A DNA stretch of 36,748 nucleotides from Chthonomonadaceae bacterium (GTDB taxonomy: Bacteria > Armatimonadota > Chthonomonadetes > Chthonomonadales > Chthonomonadaceae), in assembly GCA_035650735.1 (NCBI GenBank), contig DASRGZ010000044.1, positions 1 to 36,748 on the forward strand, in the 5' to 3' direction. The notes below the pieces were generated by a model that ran no database searches, was not told the DNA's origin, and worked only from the letters and a program-made list of their open reading frames with translations. Positions within the stretch are counted from its first letter, which is position 1; each line of letters begins with the position of its first letter. The translations under genes and the position numbers were made by a program. This document shows positions 17,438-26,444 of this stretch, one piece after another.

Positions 17438-17690
17438 CGCCAGGGGCTTTGCTTCTTTCCTGGCGGCTAAAGCCGCAGCAACAAAGGCACAAAGTCGCCC
17501 TACGGCGACTAAAGACCTCACCCCCGGCCCCGTGTGCAGGGTGTAGGGGATAGGGGGTAGGGGATAGGGTGTAGGGGGTAGGGGGTAGGGTCGCCCCCAC
17601 CCCTTCCCCTCCCCCAATTCTAGGGGAGGGGAGAGCAGAAGCCGGATCACTCCCTTCCCTCTTAGGGAAGGGGGGCCGGGGGGTTAGGTA
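17437..17690. repeat. Composite intergenic REP-like region
   Basis: GCGGCTAAAGCCGC, AGTCGCCCTACGGCGACT, CCTCACCCCCGGCCCC, CCCCTCCCC..GGGGAGGGG and CCCTTCCCT..AGGGAAGGG palindromes. Confidence 0.75.
17537..17592 (+). repeat. 8 x TAGGGnn heptamer tandem repeat
   Basis: CAGGGTG TAGGGGA TAGGGGG TAGGGGA TAGGGTG TAGGGGG TAGGGGG TAGGGTC. Confidence 0.9.
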
Positions 17691-17776
17691 CCCTGCTTGC
17701 CGCGAATTCATTCGCCCGCAACCCCGGGTCTGGGGCAGGCCGCCAAATAGAGACGAAAGGAGGCTTCTCCTTAACT

Positions 17777-19621
17777 ATGCACGCAAGTTCTCTTCAAGAG
17801 CGCATTCTGACCGAGGGAATGCCTGATTCGGCAGCGGCGGCACCGCCGCGCCCTGAGTATCCGCGTCCGCAGTTCGTGCGTAAAGAGTGGATGAACCTCA
17901 ACGGCGAGTGGGAGTTTATGCTCGACTCCTACGATCAAGGGCTTCGGCGCGGCTGGCATCAGAAACCCGACGTTTTCAAGCGCAAGATCATCGTTCCCTT
18001 CGCCTACCAGACCCAACTCTCTGGAATTAATGACCAGGACATCTATCAGGTGGCCTGGTACGCCCGCAGCTTCCAGATCCCCGATGAATGGAAAGGGCGC
18101 GACATCCTGCTGCACTTCGGCGCGGTAGACTACAAAACGACCGTCTGGGTCAACGGCCAGGAGGTCGGGCATAATCAGGGCGGGCATGTGCCTTTCACCT
18201 TCGACATCGCCCCGTATCTGAAAGAGGGAACGAACCGCATCGTGGTACGCGCCGAGGACACCCAGGACGCTTACCAGCCGAGAGGCAAACAGGCGGTCAG
18301 CGGCAGGCCGCGCGGCTGCGACTACTACTGCACGACGGGCATCTGGCAGACCGTGTGGCTGGAGCCGGCGCCCGCCATCCGCATTGAGGAGCTGCGCCTG
18401 AAGCCCATCCTGAATGTGGATGATGGCGATGCGGTGGAAGTGCGCGTGCTGCTGCATGCTCCCTCCATCGGGTGGGAAGTCGAGGCGGAGGCGCGCGATG
18501 GCGACAGGATCGTAGCCACGACGGCGCGCGAGAACGTAGGCGCGGCTCCCCGACTGCTCCTGCGCATCCCCAATCCCAAACGCTGGTCGCCCGACAGCCC
18601 GCACCTCTACGGCCTGACGGTGCGCCTGCGCAAGAACGGCGAGCTCCTGGATGAGGTAGAGTCCTACTTTGGTCTGCGGGAGGTGCAGATTCGGGACGGG
18701 CGGCTGCTGCTCAACGGCGAGCCGACCTACCTCAAGATGGTGCTGGATCAGGGCTACTGGCCGGAGTCGGGCATGACCGCGCCCAGCGACGAGGCCCTGC
18801 GCGCCGATGTGGAGTGGTGCAAGCGGTTCGGGTTCAACGGGGCCAGAAAGCATCAGAAGGTCGAAGACCCGCGCTGGCTCTACTGGTGCGATAAACTGGG
18901 GCTGCTGGTCTGGGGCGAGATGCCCAACGCGCGCGCGTGGTCGCCTAGAGCCGAGGAGATGTTTATCGCCGAGTGGGAGCGCGCCGTCCGCCGCGATTAC
19001 AACAGTCCTGCCGTCATCGTCTGGGTGCCGCTGAACGAAAGCTGGGGCGTGCCGGATTTGCGCGAAGACCATCCCGGCCAGTACGCCTTCCTGGAGCGGA
19101 TGGTGGAGCTGACGCGCCGCCTGGACCCCGACCGGCCTGTGATTGATAATGACGGCTGGGAGCATACCGACATTACCGACATCCTGGCCCTGCACGACTA
19201 CACCCCGACCGGGGACGGCCTGCGCCGGCGGTATGCCCAGACAATGGCGGGCGGACCGATTCCGGAGATGACTTGGACGAAGCATCCGATCCGGCATTTC
19301 GCGCGGGGTTCGCAGCATCGAGGCCAGCCGGTGATGCTGACGGAAGTGGGCGGGTTCCTGATGCCACCAGACCTGCCCGAAGACCAGTGGGACAAGCTCT
19401 ATCAGGCCTATAGCTGGTGCCGCACGCCGGAGGAACTGCTGGAAAAGTACCGTGACCTGATGGAAGGAATTGCGGACTTGAAGTTTGTGTCCGGTTTCTG
19501 CTACACGCAGTTGACCGACATCGAGCAGGAAATGAACGGGCTGCTAACCTACGATCGTAAGCCAAAGATAAAGCCGGAGGCGATTGCCGCCCTGCATCAA
19601 AGGCTCTTTACGGTTGCGTAG
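17777..19621 (+). CDS. Glycoside hydrolase family 2 (beta-galactosidase/glucuronidase-like)
   Basis: RPEYPRPQF, LHFGAVDY, GIWQTVWLE, LDQGYWP, RKHQKVED, WVPLNESWG, TEVGG and CYTQLTDIEQEMNGL. Confidence 0.95.
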   Translation: MHASSLQERILTEGMPDSAAAAPPRPEYPRPQFVRKEWMNLNGEWEFMLDSYDQGLRRGWHQKPDVFKRKIIVPFAYQTQLSGINDQDIYQVAWYARSFQIPDEWKGRDILLHFGAVDYKTTVWVNGQEVGHNQGGHVPFTFDIAPYLKEGTNRIVVRAEDTQDAYQPRGKQAVSGRPRGCDYYCTTGIWQTVWLEPAPAIRIEELRLKPILNVDDGDAVEVRVLLHAPSIGWEVEAEARDGDRIVATTARENVGAAPRLLLRIPNPKRWSPDSPHLYGLTVRLRKNGELLDEVESYFGLREVQIRDGRLLLNGEPTYLKMVLDQGYWPESGMTAPSDEALRADVEWCKRFGFNGARKHQKVEDPRWLYWCDKLGLLVWGEMPNARAWSPRAEEMFIAEWERAVRRDYNSPAVIVWVPLNESWGVPDLREDHPGQYAFLERMVELTRRLDPDRPVIDNDGWEHTDITDILALHDYTPTGDGLRRRYAQTMAGGPIPEMTWTKHPIRHFARGSQHRGQPVMLTEVGGFLMPPDLPEDQWDKLYQAYSWCRTPEELLEKYRDLMEGIADLKFVSGFCYTQLTDIEQEMNGLLTYDRKPKIKPEAIAALHQRLFTVA

Positions 19622-19656
19622 TAGTGAGCAGGGCACTCCGTCACAAACCTTCTCTT

Positions 19657-19700
19657 TAAGGCCGAACTGCTTCTGGTAAGGTTCGGCCTTTGTTTTTGTT
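19657..19700 (+). terminator. Intrinsic terminator after GH2
   Basis: AAGGCCGAAC-TGCTTCTGGTAAG-GTTCGGCCTT followed by TGTTTTTGTT. Confidence 0.75.
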
Positions 19701-19759
19701 AATCCAATCTGCCCTCCGCTTCAGAAATAAATTTGACAGTGCAAATTATGGCGGCGGGC

Positions 19760-19810
19760 TTGACAAACAGGATAGAGTGTGTTAGAGTCATTTCAATATT
19801 TCCCGAAATG
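19760..19810 (+). promoter_or_regulatory. sigma70-type promoter and probable ArsR operator of the ars operon
   Basis: TTGACA (19760-65), 17-bp spacer, TAGAGT (19783-88), immediately followed by inverted repeat CATTTC-N10-GAAATG (19789-19810). Confidence 0.65.
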
Positions 19811-19820
19811 TAGTGAAGAG

Positions 19821-20186
19821 ATGATAACACTAAGAAGCCACCAGTACGACTTTCCTGCGATGTTCAAGGCGTTAGGCGACCCGACCCGGCTGCGCATTTT
19901 TGAGTTCCTGCGCTCCTGCTGCTGCCCGGTGGCGGTGGAGGACACCGGCGACGTGCGCCCCGTGCAGGGGCCGACCGTGGGCGAGGTTTGCTGTCGGATC
20001 ACGGGCGCGGAGAAGATCAACTCCACCATCAGCCATCACCTCAAGGAGTTGCGGCTGGCAGGTCTCATCACCGTCGAACGGCGCGGCAAGAACATGATCT
20101 GCGGCATTAACCGCGAAGCCGTCGCCGCTCTCGCCGCCTACCTGGGCGAGCAGGGCGGAGCGGATCAAGACGGGTGCTGCGAGTGA
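19821..20186 (+). CDS. arsR: ArsR/SmtB family repressor
   Basis: FKALGDPTRLRIF and STISHHLKELRLAGLI. Cys clusters CCC, CC and C-terminal CC. First gene of the ars cluster. Confidence 0.88.
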   Translation: MITLRSHQYDFPAMFKALGDPTRLRIFEFLRSCCCPVAVEDTGDVRPVQGPTVGEVCCRITGAEKINSTISHHLKELRLAGLITVERRGKNMICGINREAVAALAAYLGEQGGADQDGCCE

Positions 20187-20203
20187 CCGAAAGGACGACG
20201 ACC

Positions 20204-21076
20204 ATGACCGAGATCAAATTGACGGATCGGCAAGACGTGCGTGAGATCGTGCGGCAAAAGTATGGCGCGGCGGCCTTAACCGTGTTGAACGGCAAAGGCG
20301 CGGCCTGCTGCGGCGGGAATGCGGGCGGCGGCTCCGACTCCTGCTGTGGCACGCAGGATCAAGATGCCATCACCGGCGACCTCTACAGCGATACGGAAGC
20401 GGCGCAGATACCCGAAGCCGCACTGCTGGCCTCTCTGGGCTGCGGCAACCCGACCGCCCTGGCGTCGTTGGCTCCGGGAGAGGTGGTGCTGGATTTGGGC
20501 AGCGGCGGTGGCATTGACGTGCTGCTGTCGGCAAAGCGGGTCGGTCCCACCGGTTTTGTCTATGGATTGGACATGACCGACGAGATGCTGGCCCTCGCCG
20601 AGAAGAACAGGGCGGAGGCGGGAGCCGAGAACGTGCAGTTCCTCAAGGGCCATATCGAAGAGATTCCTCTGCCCGACGCCAGCGTGGATGTGATCATCTC
20701 CAACTGCGTCATCAATCTCTCTGCCGATAAAGACGCGGTGCTGCGGGAGGCGTTCCGGGTTTTGAAGCCGGGCGGTCGGTTCGCTGTCTCTGATGTAGTC
20801 GTAGACGGCGAGCTTCCCGACGCTGTGCGCCGCGACATGGAAGCCTTCGTCGGCTGCGTGGCGGGCGCGCTGGAAAGGAGCGACTACCTGCGGCGGCTGG
20901 AAGCGGCGGGATTTGTGGATGCTTCCATCGAGCCGACGCGCCGCTACACCTTCGCCGATCTGGAAGCAACCACCTGCTGCTCGCCGGAAGTCGCCGCCCT
21001 ATCCCCGGAGGAGAAAGCGGGCCTGGATAGGCGCGTGATGGGAGCCTTCATTCGCGCGACCAAGCCGCAACTCTAA
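20204..21076 (+). CDS. arsM: Arsenite S-adenosylmethionine methyltransferase
   Basis: SLGCGNP, LDLGSGGGID, GLDMTDEML, ISNCVINL, GCVAGAL and N-terminal CC pairs. Confidence 0.95.
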   Translation: MTEIKLTDRQDVREIVRQKYGAAALTVLNGKGAACCGGNAGGGSDSCCGTQDQDAITGDLYSDTEAAQIPEAALLASLGCGNPTALASLAPGEVVLDLGSGGGIDVLLSAKRVGPTGFVYGLDMTDEMLALAEKNRAEAGAENVQFLKGHIEEIPLPDASVDVIISNCVINLSADKDAVLREAFRVLKPGGRFAVSDVVVDGELPDAVRRDMEAFVGCVAGALERSDYLRRLEAAGFVDASIEPTRRYTFADLEATTCCSPEVAALSPEEKAGLDRRVMGAFIRATKPQL

Positions 21077-21209
21077 ATCACGCAACCTGCGAACGAGGGC
21101 AGTCCCCATTCAACGGCGACTCCCTCCCAAAGCAGCCATCGCTAATCCCTATTTAGTGCAGTACGATCCCAACGAGGGCGTTCCGCAGATTATTCGGAGG
21201 TGCTAGAAG

Positions 21210-21527
21210 ATGCGTGCATTGGCCTTCCTGATGGTTGCCGCCCTGCTGGAAGTTGGTGGTGATGCCCTCGTTCGATGGGGCCTCAAGGGTGGGAAGGTGT
21301 TGGGCTTTGTCTTGGGCGCGGTCGTGCTCACCCTCTACGGCTTCACGGTCAATCTGTCCCGGTGGGACTTCGGGCGTCTGCTCGGCGTCTACATCGCCGT
21401 CTTCTTTGTGGTTGCGCAGATTGTGGCTCTCTCCGCCTTCCACGAGAAAGTCACTGTGCCCATCCTCGTCGGTGGGACACTCATCATTAGTGGCGGCCTG
21501 GTACTGGCCCTGTGGCAGGTCAAATGA
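21210..21527 (+). CDS. Small four-helix membrane protein (SMR/YnfA-like)
   Basis: AALLEVGGDA (membrane Glu) and FGRLLGVYIAVF. 105 aa, 4 hydrophobic segments. GGAGG RBS. Confidence 0.75.
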   Translation: MRALAFLMVAALLEVGGDALVRWGLKGGKVLGFVLGAVVLTLYGFTVNLSRWDFGRLLGVYIAVFFVVAQIVALSAFHEKVTVPILVGGTLIISGGLVLALWQVK

Positions 21528-21952
21528 AAGGAATTGGCGTGAAGACCGTTTTGTTCGTATGTGTCCATAACGCGGGCCGCTCCCAGATGGCGGAGGCGCT
21601 CACCAACAAACGAGCAGTGGAGCGGAGGCTGCCCGTGCGCGCGCTGTCTGCGGGAACGGTCGCAGGCCAGCGCATCAACCCGGTCGCGCAGGAGGTCATG
21701 CGGGAAATCGGTGTGACGATGGACGGGCAAAGGCCGAAGCAACTCACCCAGGAGATGGCGAACGAGGCCGATCATATCATCACTATGGGTTGCGGCGTGG
21801 ATGCGGATGCCTGCCCCGCCCGCATCTACATATCGGAGGATTGGGGGCTGGATGACCCCGCAGGCCAACCGATTGAGAAGGTGCGCGCCATCCGGGACCA
21901 GATACGAGAGCGCGTGGAGAAGCTGCTGGACGAATTGGAGGCTGGGGCGTGA
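21524..21952 (+). CDS. arsC: Thioredoxin-type arsenate reductase (LMW-PTP fold)
   Basis: CVHNAGRSQMAE, MGCG..ACP and WGLDDP. Start is ATG 21524 (ATGA overlap) or GTG 21539. Confidence 0.92.
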   Translation: MKGIGVKTVLFVCVHNAGRSQMAEALTNKRAVERRLPVRALSAGTVAGQRINPVAQEVMREIGVTMDGQRPKQLTQEMANEADHIITMGCGVDADACPARIYISEDWGLDDPAGQPIEKVRAIRDQIRERVEKLLDELEAGA

Positions 21953-22689
21953 GCGTGAGCATGATGCGCCGGTATCTGGCGGAATTCATCGGCACGTTCG
22001 GCATCGTGTTTGCGCCCGTCGCCCTGGTCGCCTCCGGCAAGATGCGTGGCGGGGATAGCGGGCTATTGGCCGCCGCATGGGTGTCCGGATTGGCAGTACT
22101 GGCGATGATCTACGCCCTGGGTCACATCTCTGCCGCACACTTCAACCCCGCCGTAACGCTCGGCTTTGCCGTTGCCGGCCGCTTTCCCTGGCGGTATGTC
22201 CTGTCCTATTGGATTGCGCAACTGACGGGCGGGACTATGGCGGCGGCGCTGGTGGCTCTGCTGTTCGGCGGCGGCTATGGAGCGCACGTTCCGGCTCCCG
22301 GCCCCATCGCCCGCTCGGTCGGCATGGAGGCCGTCCTGACTTTCTTCCTCATGCTGGTCATCATCTCCGTCGCCACCGACAAACGGGTCAACGGTGCGGT
22401 GCCTGGCCTTGCCATCGGTCTGACCGTCGTGTTCGGCGTGCTGATCGGCGGCCCCGTCACGGGCGGCTCCATGAACCCGGCCCGCTCTCTCGGCCCCGCG
22501 CTCTTTGCAGGCGGCGCGGCCCTCGCCAACTACTGGATTTATGTGGTCGGGCCGGCATTGGGCGCGGTCGTGGCGGCGCGGGCGTATGAAGCGATTCGCG
22601 GCAGCGAAGAACATGCCCAGGGCGCACCCAACGATCTGTTCCTCGCATTGGAGCGCGTACAGCACCAGGCAGACACTCCCCTGCGGTAA
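21949..22689 (+). CDS. MIP family aquaporin/aquaglyceroporin, probable arsenite channel
   Basis: Two NPA motifs (HFNPAVT, SMNPARS) and AEFIGTF. GTGA overlap with the arsC stop. Confidence 0.93.
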   Translation: MSVSMMRRYLAEFIGTFGIVFAPVALVASGKMRGGDSGLLAAAWVSGLAVLAMIYALGHISAAHFNPAVTLGFAVAGRFPWRYVLSYWIAQLTGGTMAAALVALLFGGGYGAHVPAPGPIARSVGMEAVLTFFLMLVIISVATDKRVNGAVPGLAIGLTVVFGVLIGGPVTGGSMNPARSLGPALFAGGAALANYWIYVVGPALGAVVAARAYEAIRGSEEHAQGAPNDLFLALERVQHQADTPLR

Positions 22690-22804
22690 CGTCGTTTGGT
22701 GAATCTGCGTACCTGCCTACGCTTTGGAGAGTTGGCCGCACGCAGACCGCTCGCAGGGAGCGCCAGCCTGGGGTGAAGGAACTTTCTTGCTCAGGCAGGA
22801 AATG

Positions 22805-22874
22805 GGTCGTGTCCCGGTAGTGAGTTGTTGAGGGTGAAATCCAGGCGCGATAAACGCCCTAGAGGGACACTACC
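22805..22874. mobile_element. 70-bp MITE (family F, IS1-like ends)
   Basis: TIRs GGTCGTGTCCCGGTAG / CTAGAGGGACACTACC (13/16). 8-bp TSD AGGAAATG (22797-22804, 22875-22882). Confidence 0.8.
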
Positions 22875-22997
22875 AGGAAATGCTTATTGCAGATTTCAGG
22901 GCGGATAGGCCAAGCGCCCCCTTTCCGGTTTTCAGTCCGGCGCCAGAGTAACAAAGCAACCGTATCCGTTCTCTCATTCGGTTTGAAAGGAGCGGCT

Positions 22998-23362
22998 ATG
23001 GCACACTTCATCGTTTGGTTCGATATGCCCGTGACCGACCTCCAACGGGCTACCCAGTTCTACGCGCGGGTTCTGGCGACCTCCATCGAACGAGGAGCGC
23101 CCGATCAGCCGATGGCCATCTTCGCCCATAACGGCGATCAGGTGGCAGGCTGCCTGTTCCAGGAGGCGGGCTGCCAGCCTTCGGCGCAGGGGCCGCTGCT
23201 CTACTTCAATGTCAACGGGAGGCTGGATGACGCCCTGGCGCAGGTGGAAGCCAACGGCGGCAAAATTCTCCAGCCGAAACACTCTATTGGCCCGTACGGT
23301 TTCGGGCGATTATTCTCGACAGCGAGGGCAACCGCATCGCGCTGCACTCCGAGACGGCCTGA
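22998..23362 (+). pseudogene. VOC/glyoxalase family protein with a 1-nt frameshift near 23303
   Basis: MAHFIVWFDMPVTDLQRA...GPLLYF...GGKIL...IGPYGF. The expected (R)AIILDSEGNRIALHS continues in another frame to TGA 23360-62. Confidence 0.8.
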
Positions 23363-23411
23363 TCTGTTCAACTGAGCAGTCGCACGAAGTTAAGGAGGAG
23401 GACAAGACCGC

Positions 23412-24263
23412 ATGGGCATCCGCTATAACGAAGCCAGCATTCCCGGCCGCCATACCATCACCTACCGCACGCGCGACCCGCACCGCAACTTCCCCGTGCG
23501 CGCGGTGGAAGTCCTGGCGACGCCGGAGGAGATACAGACGCTGGCGCGTGACGGCTACCTGGTGCGCGAGCGGCTGCTGCCGATGGAGGAGGTGAAACGG
23601 CTGCGCGCGGCCCTGGAGGAAGCGGTCGCCAGGGATGACCGGCTGGAGACGCAGGGTGGCCGGGCGTTCGGCGGGGTGTTCATCCGGCATCTGATAGACA
23701 AGCACCCGGCGTTTCTGGAGATGCTTAACTTCCCGCCGACGGTGTCGGTGGCGCGGGCGCTGTTTGGGCCGGCTGTGCGGCTGCGCGGCTTTACCGGGCG
23801 GGTCTGCTATCCGGAGACGCCCTATCAGGAGACAGAGTGGCACTTTCATCAGCGCGTCGTTCCTGATCCGCTGCCGCCCTTGTTCATGCCTCCTCAGACG
23901 CTCGACGTTCTGCTCTATCTGGATGATTTAGACGACCGCAACGGCCCGCTGTGCGTGTTGCCGGGGTCGCACCACTGGCGTAACGTGGATATGGCGCAGG
24001 AGGACTTTGAGGAGAAGCCGGGACAGGTCGTGTTGCGCCTTCCGGCGGGAAGCTGCGTGTTTGCGCACGGCAGCCTCTGGCACCGCGCGCTGCCCACGCA
24101 GCCCGGCTGTACCCGCCGCCGCCTGCTGCTCTTTGGCTACGGCCCCGCCTGGATGGTCTCCAGTATCTATGGCGAGAAGCCCAAAGACGGCCTGACGCAG
24201 ACGCTGCTGGCCGAGGCGGACGCGGAGACGCGGGAACTGCTGGGCCTGGCCGGCTATATGTGA
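23412..24263 (+). CDS. Phytanoyl-CoA dioxygenase (PhyH) family Fe/2OG-type oxygenase
   Basis: RDGYLV, LLYLDD...NGPLCVLPGSH, AGSCVFAHGSLWHRA and RR. AGGAGG RBS. Confidence 0.88.
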   Translation: MGIRYNEASIPGRHTITYRTRDPHRNFPVRAVEVLATPEEIQTLARDGYLVRERLLPMEEVKRLRAALEEAVARDDRLETQGGRAFGGVFIRHLIDKHPAFLEMLNFPPTVSVARALFGPAVRLRGFTGRVCYPETPYQETEWHFHQRVVPDPLPPLFMPPQTLDVLLYLDDLDDRNGPLCVLPGSHHWRNVDMAQEDFEEKPGQVVLRLPAGSCVFAHGSLWHRALPTQPGCTRRRLLLFGYGPAWMVSSIYGEKPKDGLTQTLLAEADAETRELLGLAGYM

Positions 24264-24400
24264 CGCCGCATGGCGACCACAGCCCCAATAAACGCAAACC
24301 GGGCCGGGTCGCCATGCGAGGATCAAAAACCTGGGAAAACGCGGGGTTCTTTGATAGAGAAGGGGAGCGAAGCTCCCGTCTTCCAGATAAGGGCAGGCGC

Positions 24401-26158
24401 TCACGGTTCTGGAGAAGACGCTGCGGCAAACTGCAAAGCATGCAGCCGCGCATAGAGGCCATCCTGGGCCAGCAGTTCGGCGTGGCGGCCGCTCTCGCGG
24501 ATACCTTGCTCCTCCAGCACGATAATGCGATCCGCGCGCTGCACAGTCGAAAGCCGGTGTGCGATGACAATGGAGGTGCGCCCCTGCATCAGCCGGCGCA
24601 TCGCCTCCTGCACCTGGCGTTCCGACTCGGCATCCTGGGCTGAGGTCGCCTCATCCAGGATAAGAATGCGCGGATCGCGCAGAATGGCGCGGGCCAGGGC
24701 GAGGCGCTGCTTCTGCCCACCGGAAAGGCGTGTTCCCCGCTCTCCCACCTGCGTCGCGTATCCCTCCGGCAGGGCCAGGATGAAGTCGTGGGCATTGGCG
24801 GCTTTGGCCGCCGCAACGATCTCGTCGAGACTGGCCCCCTCGCGGCCAAAAGCGATATTTTCCTGGATGGTCGTCCCGAACAGGAACGGCTCCTGGGGAA
24901 CGAAGGCGATGCGCGCCCGCAGCGAGTCTAGCGTTACCGAGCGCACATCGCAGCCATCCATACGCACGCATCCCTCCGACACATCATAGAGGCGGGGGAT
25001 AAGCGAGGCCAGGGTCGTCTTCCCGGAGCCGCTCGGACCGACCAGGGCGATCATTTCCCCGGGCCGGATGTCCAGATCGATCCCGCGCAGCACCTCCGGC
25101 CCGTCCTCCTGATAACGGAAGCTCACCTGCTGGAACTGGATACGCCCTTCCACATCCTCCAGCGTTACAGCCCCCTCCTTCTGCACCTCCGGCGCCAGAT
25201 CGAAGAACGCGAAGACCCGATCCGCCGCGCCCACTGCACCGGCAACCTGCGCGTAGAGATTCACAAAGGCGCTGGCCGGCCCGAAGAGCATTCCCAGTAC
25301 ATTCAGGAAGAGCACGACGGTTCCCGCGCTCATCTGCCCGGCGATGACGCGCTCGCTTCCTACCACGAGCAGCAGCGTCATGCCGGACCAGGCGACCAGA
25401 TCGGCGATAGAGCTATTGCCCGCTCCGAGCACCGCCATTCCGATACGTGCCCTCACCAGCCCGGAAACCCGCTCCATAAAACGGGCTAACTCTGTGTCCG
25501 CCCGTCCAAACACCTTGACCTCGCGGACGCCCGCGATGCTTTCCTGAAGCACTTCCTGCACCGTGCCGGTCTCCTCCCGCACCCTGCGCCCTGCATGCCG
25601 CAGCGGACGCCCGAACAGCGCCAGCACCACCCCGAAAAGGACGGGAACCGGCAGGCCGATGAGGGCGAGGGAAGGACTCTGCCAGAGGAGCAGTCCGGTG
25701 GCGACCACGACCATCAGCAGGTTCGTCGTCACGTCTACCAGCGTGGAGGCGTAGAGGGCCTGGAGCGCTTCGACGTCGTTCTGCACCACCGACATAATGC
25801 TGCCGGTCTTATTGCCGTCGAAGTAGGCCATCGGCAGGCGATGCAGGTGGCGGAACAGGTCTCTGCGAAGGTCCGCCGCCGCCCTCTCGCCAACCCGAGC
25901 GAACAGATAGGCTCTGGCTATTCCAAAGACAGCCCCCGCAACAATGGCGGCGATGGAGAGAGTGGTAACGTGGAGGAGGGCCGCTTGCCGCTGGGCCTGC
26001 GTGCCCGCCTGAGGCCAGAGCACTTTATCTACGAGCACCTTGCTGATATAGGGCCAGATGAAGCCGGTGGCCGTTACGATCAAGGCGCAGCCCAGCGCGG
26101 CCCATTGCATGAGCGCGTACGGGGCCATGTAACGCAGCGCGCGGCGAAGTATCTTCAA
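24401..26158 (-). CDS. ABC transporter fused permease/ATPase (MsbA/MDR-exporter type)
   Basis: TM domain, GPSGSGKT, LSGGQKQR, ILDEATS and AHRLST. Likely start is TTG 26158 with AGGAGAG RBS. Confidence 0.93.
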   Translation of the reverse strand: MKILRRALRYMAPYALMQWAALGCALIVTATGFIWPYISKVLVDKVLWPQAGTQAQRQAALLHVTTLSIAAIVAGAVFGIARAYLFARVGERAAADLRRDLFRHLHRLPMAYFDGNKTGSIMSVVQNDVEALQALYASTLVDVTTNLLMVVVATGLLLWQSPSLALIGLPVPVLFGVVLALFGRPLRHAGRRVREETGTVQEVLQESIAGVREVKVFGRADTELARFMERVSGLVRARIGMAVLGAGNSSIADLVAWSGMTLLLVVGSERVIAGQMSAGTVVLFLNVLGMLFGPASAFVNLYAQVAGAVGAADRVFAFFDLAPEVQKEGAVTLEDVEGRIQFQQVSFRYQEDGPEVLRGIDLDIRPGEMIALVGPSGSGKTTLASLIPRLYDVSEGCVRMDGCDVRSVTLDSLRARIAFVPQEPFLFGTTIQENIAFGREGASLDEIVAAAKAANAHDFILALPEGYATQVGERGTRLSGGQKQRLALARAILRDPRILILDEATSAQDAESERQVQEAMRRLMQGRTSIVIAHRLSTVQRADRIIVLEEQGIRESGRHAELLAQDGLYARLHALQFAAASSPEP

Positions 26159-26185
26159 CGTGGCTCTCCTAACCGCAGGAATTCG

Positions 26186-26267
26186 GGTAGACACTCCCAG
26201 CCGTGTGGATCAATCTCACGCAGCCTGCTGCTGAGGAGATACGTCCACACCGTTGGGAGGGATTACC
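26186..26267 (+). mobile_element. 82-bp MITE (family B), copy 2
   Basis: Same sequence as 4460-4541 (1 difference). 8-bp TSD GGAATTCG (26178-85, 26268-75). Confidence 0.92.
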
Positions 26268-26444
26268 GGAATTCGGGCATGTTAGGAGATCCTACGGTTA
26301 TCTGCTCATTTCGGTTTCCTTCTTCTCGCAGACAAAAAGAAGGCTGGCAAGAGAGGACGGATAAGGAGGGGCCCGGCACAGCGGCCTGGAAACGGCACAT
26401 TCCGCCATTTCCACCACCAGATCAAAGCTGCGCCGTTTCCTCCT

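Noticed and set aside
17771..19318. 515-aa minus-strand ORF
   Set aside because: Antisense shadow of the well-supported GH2 gene in GC-rich DNA, with no motifs.
21077..21209. Possible guanidine or fluoride riboswitch upstream of the SMR-like gene (AACGAGGGC occurs twice)
   Set aside because: I could not build the paired ACGR hairpins or other consensus features. An Rfam scan would settle it.
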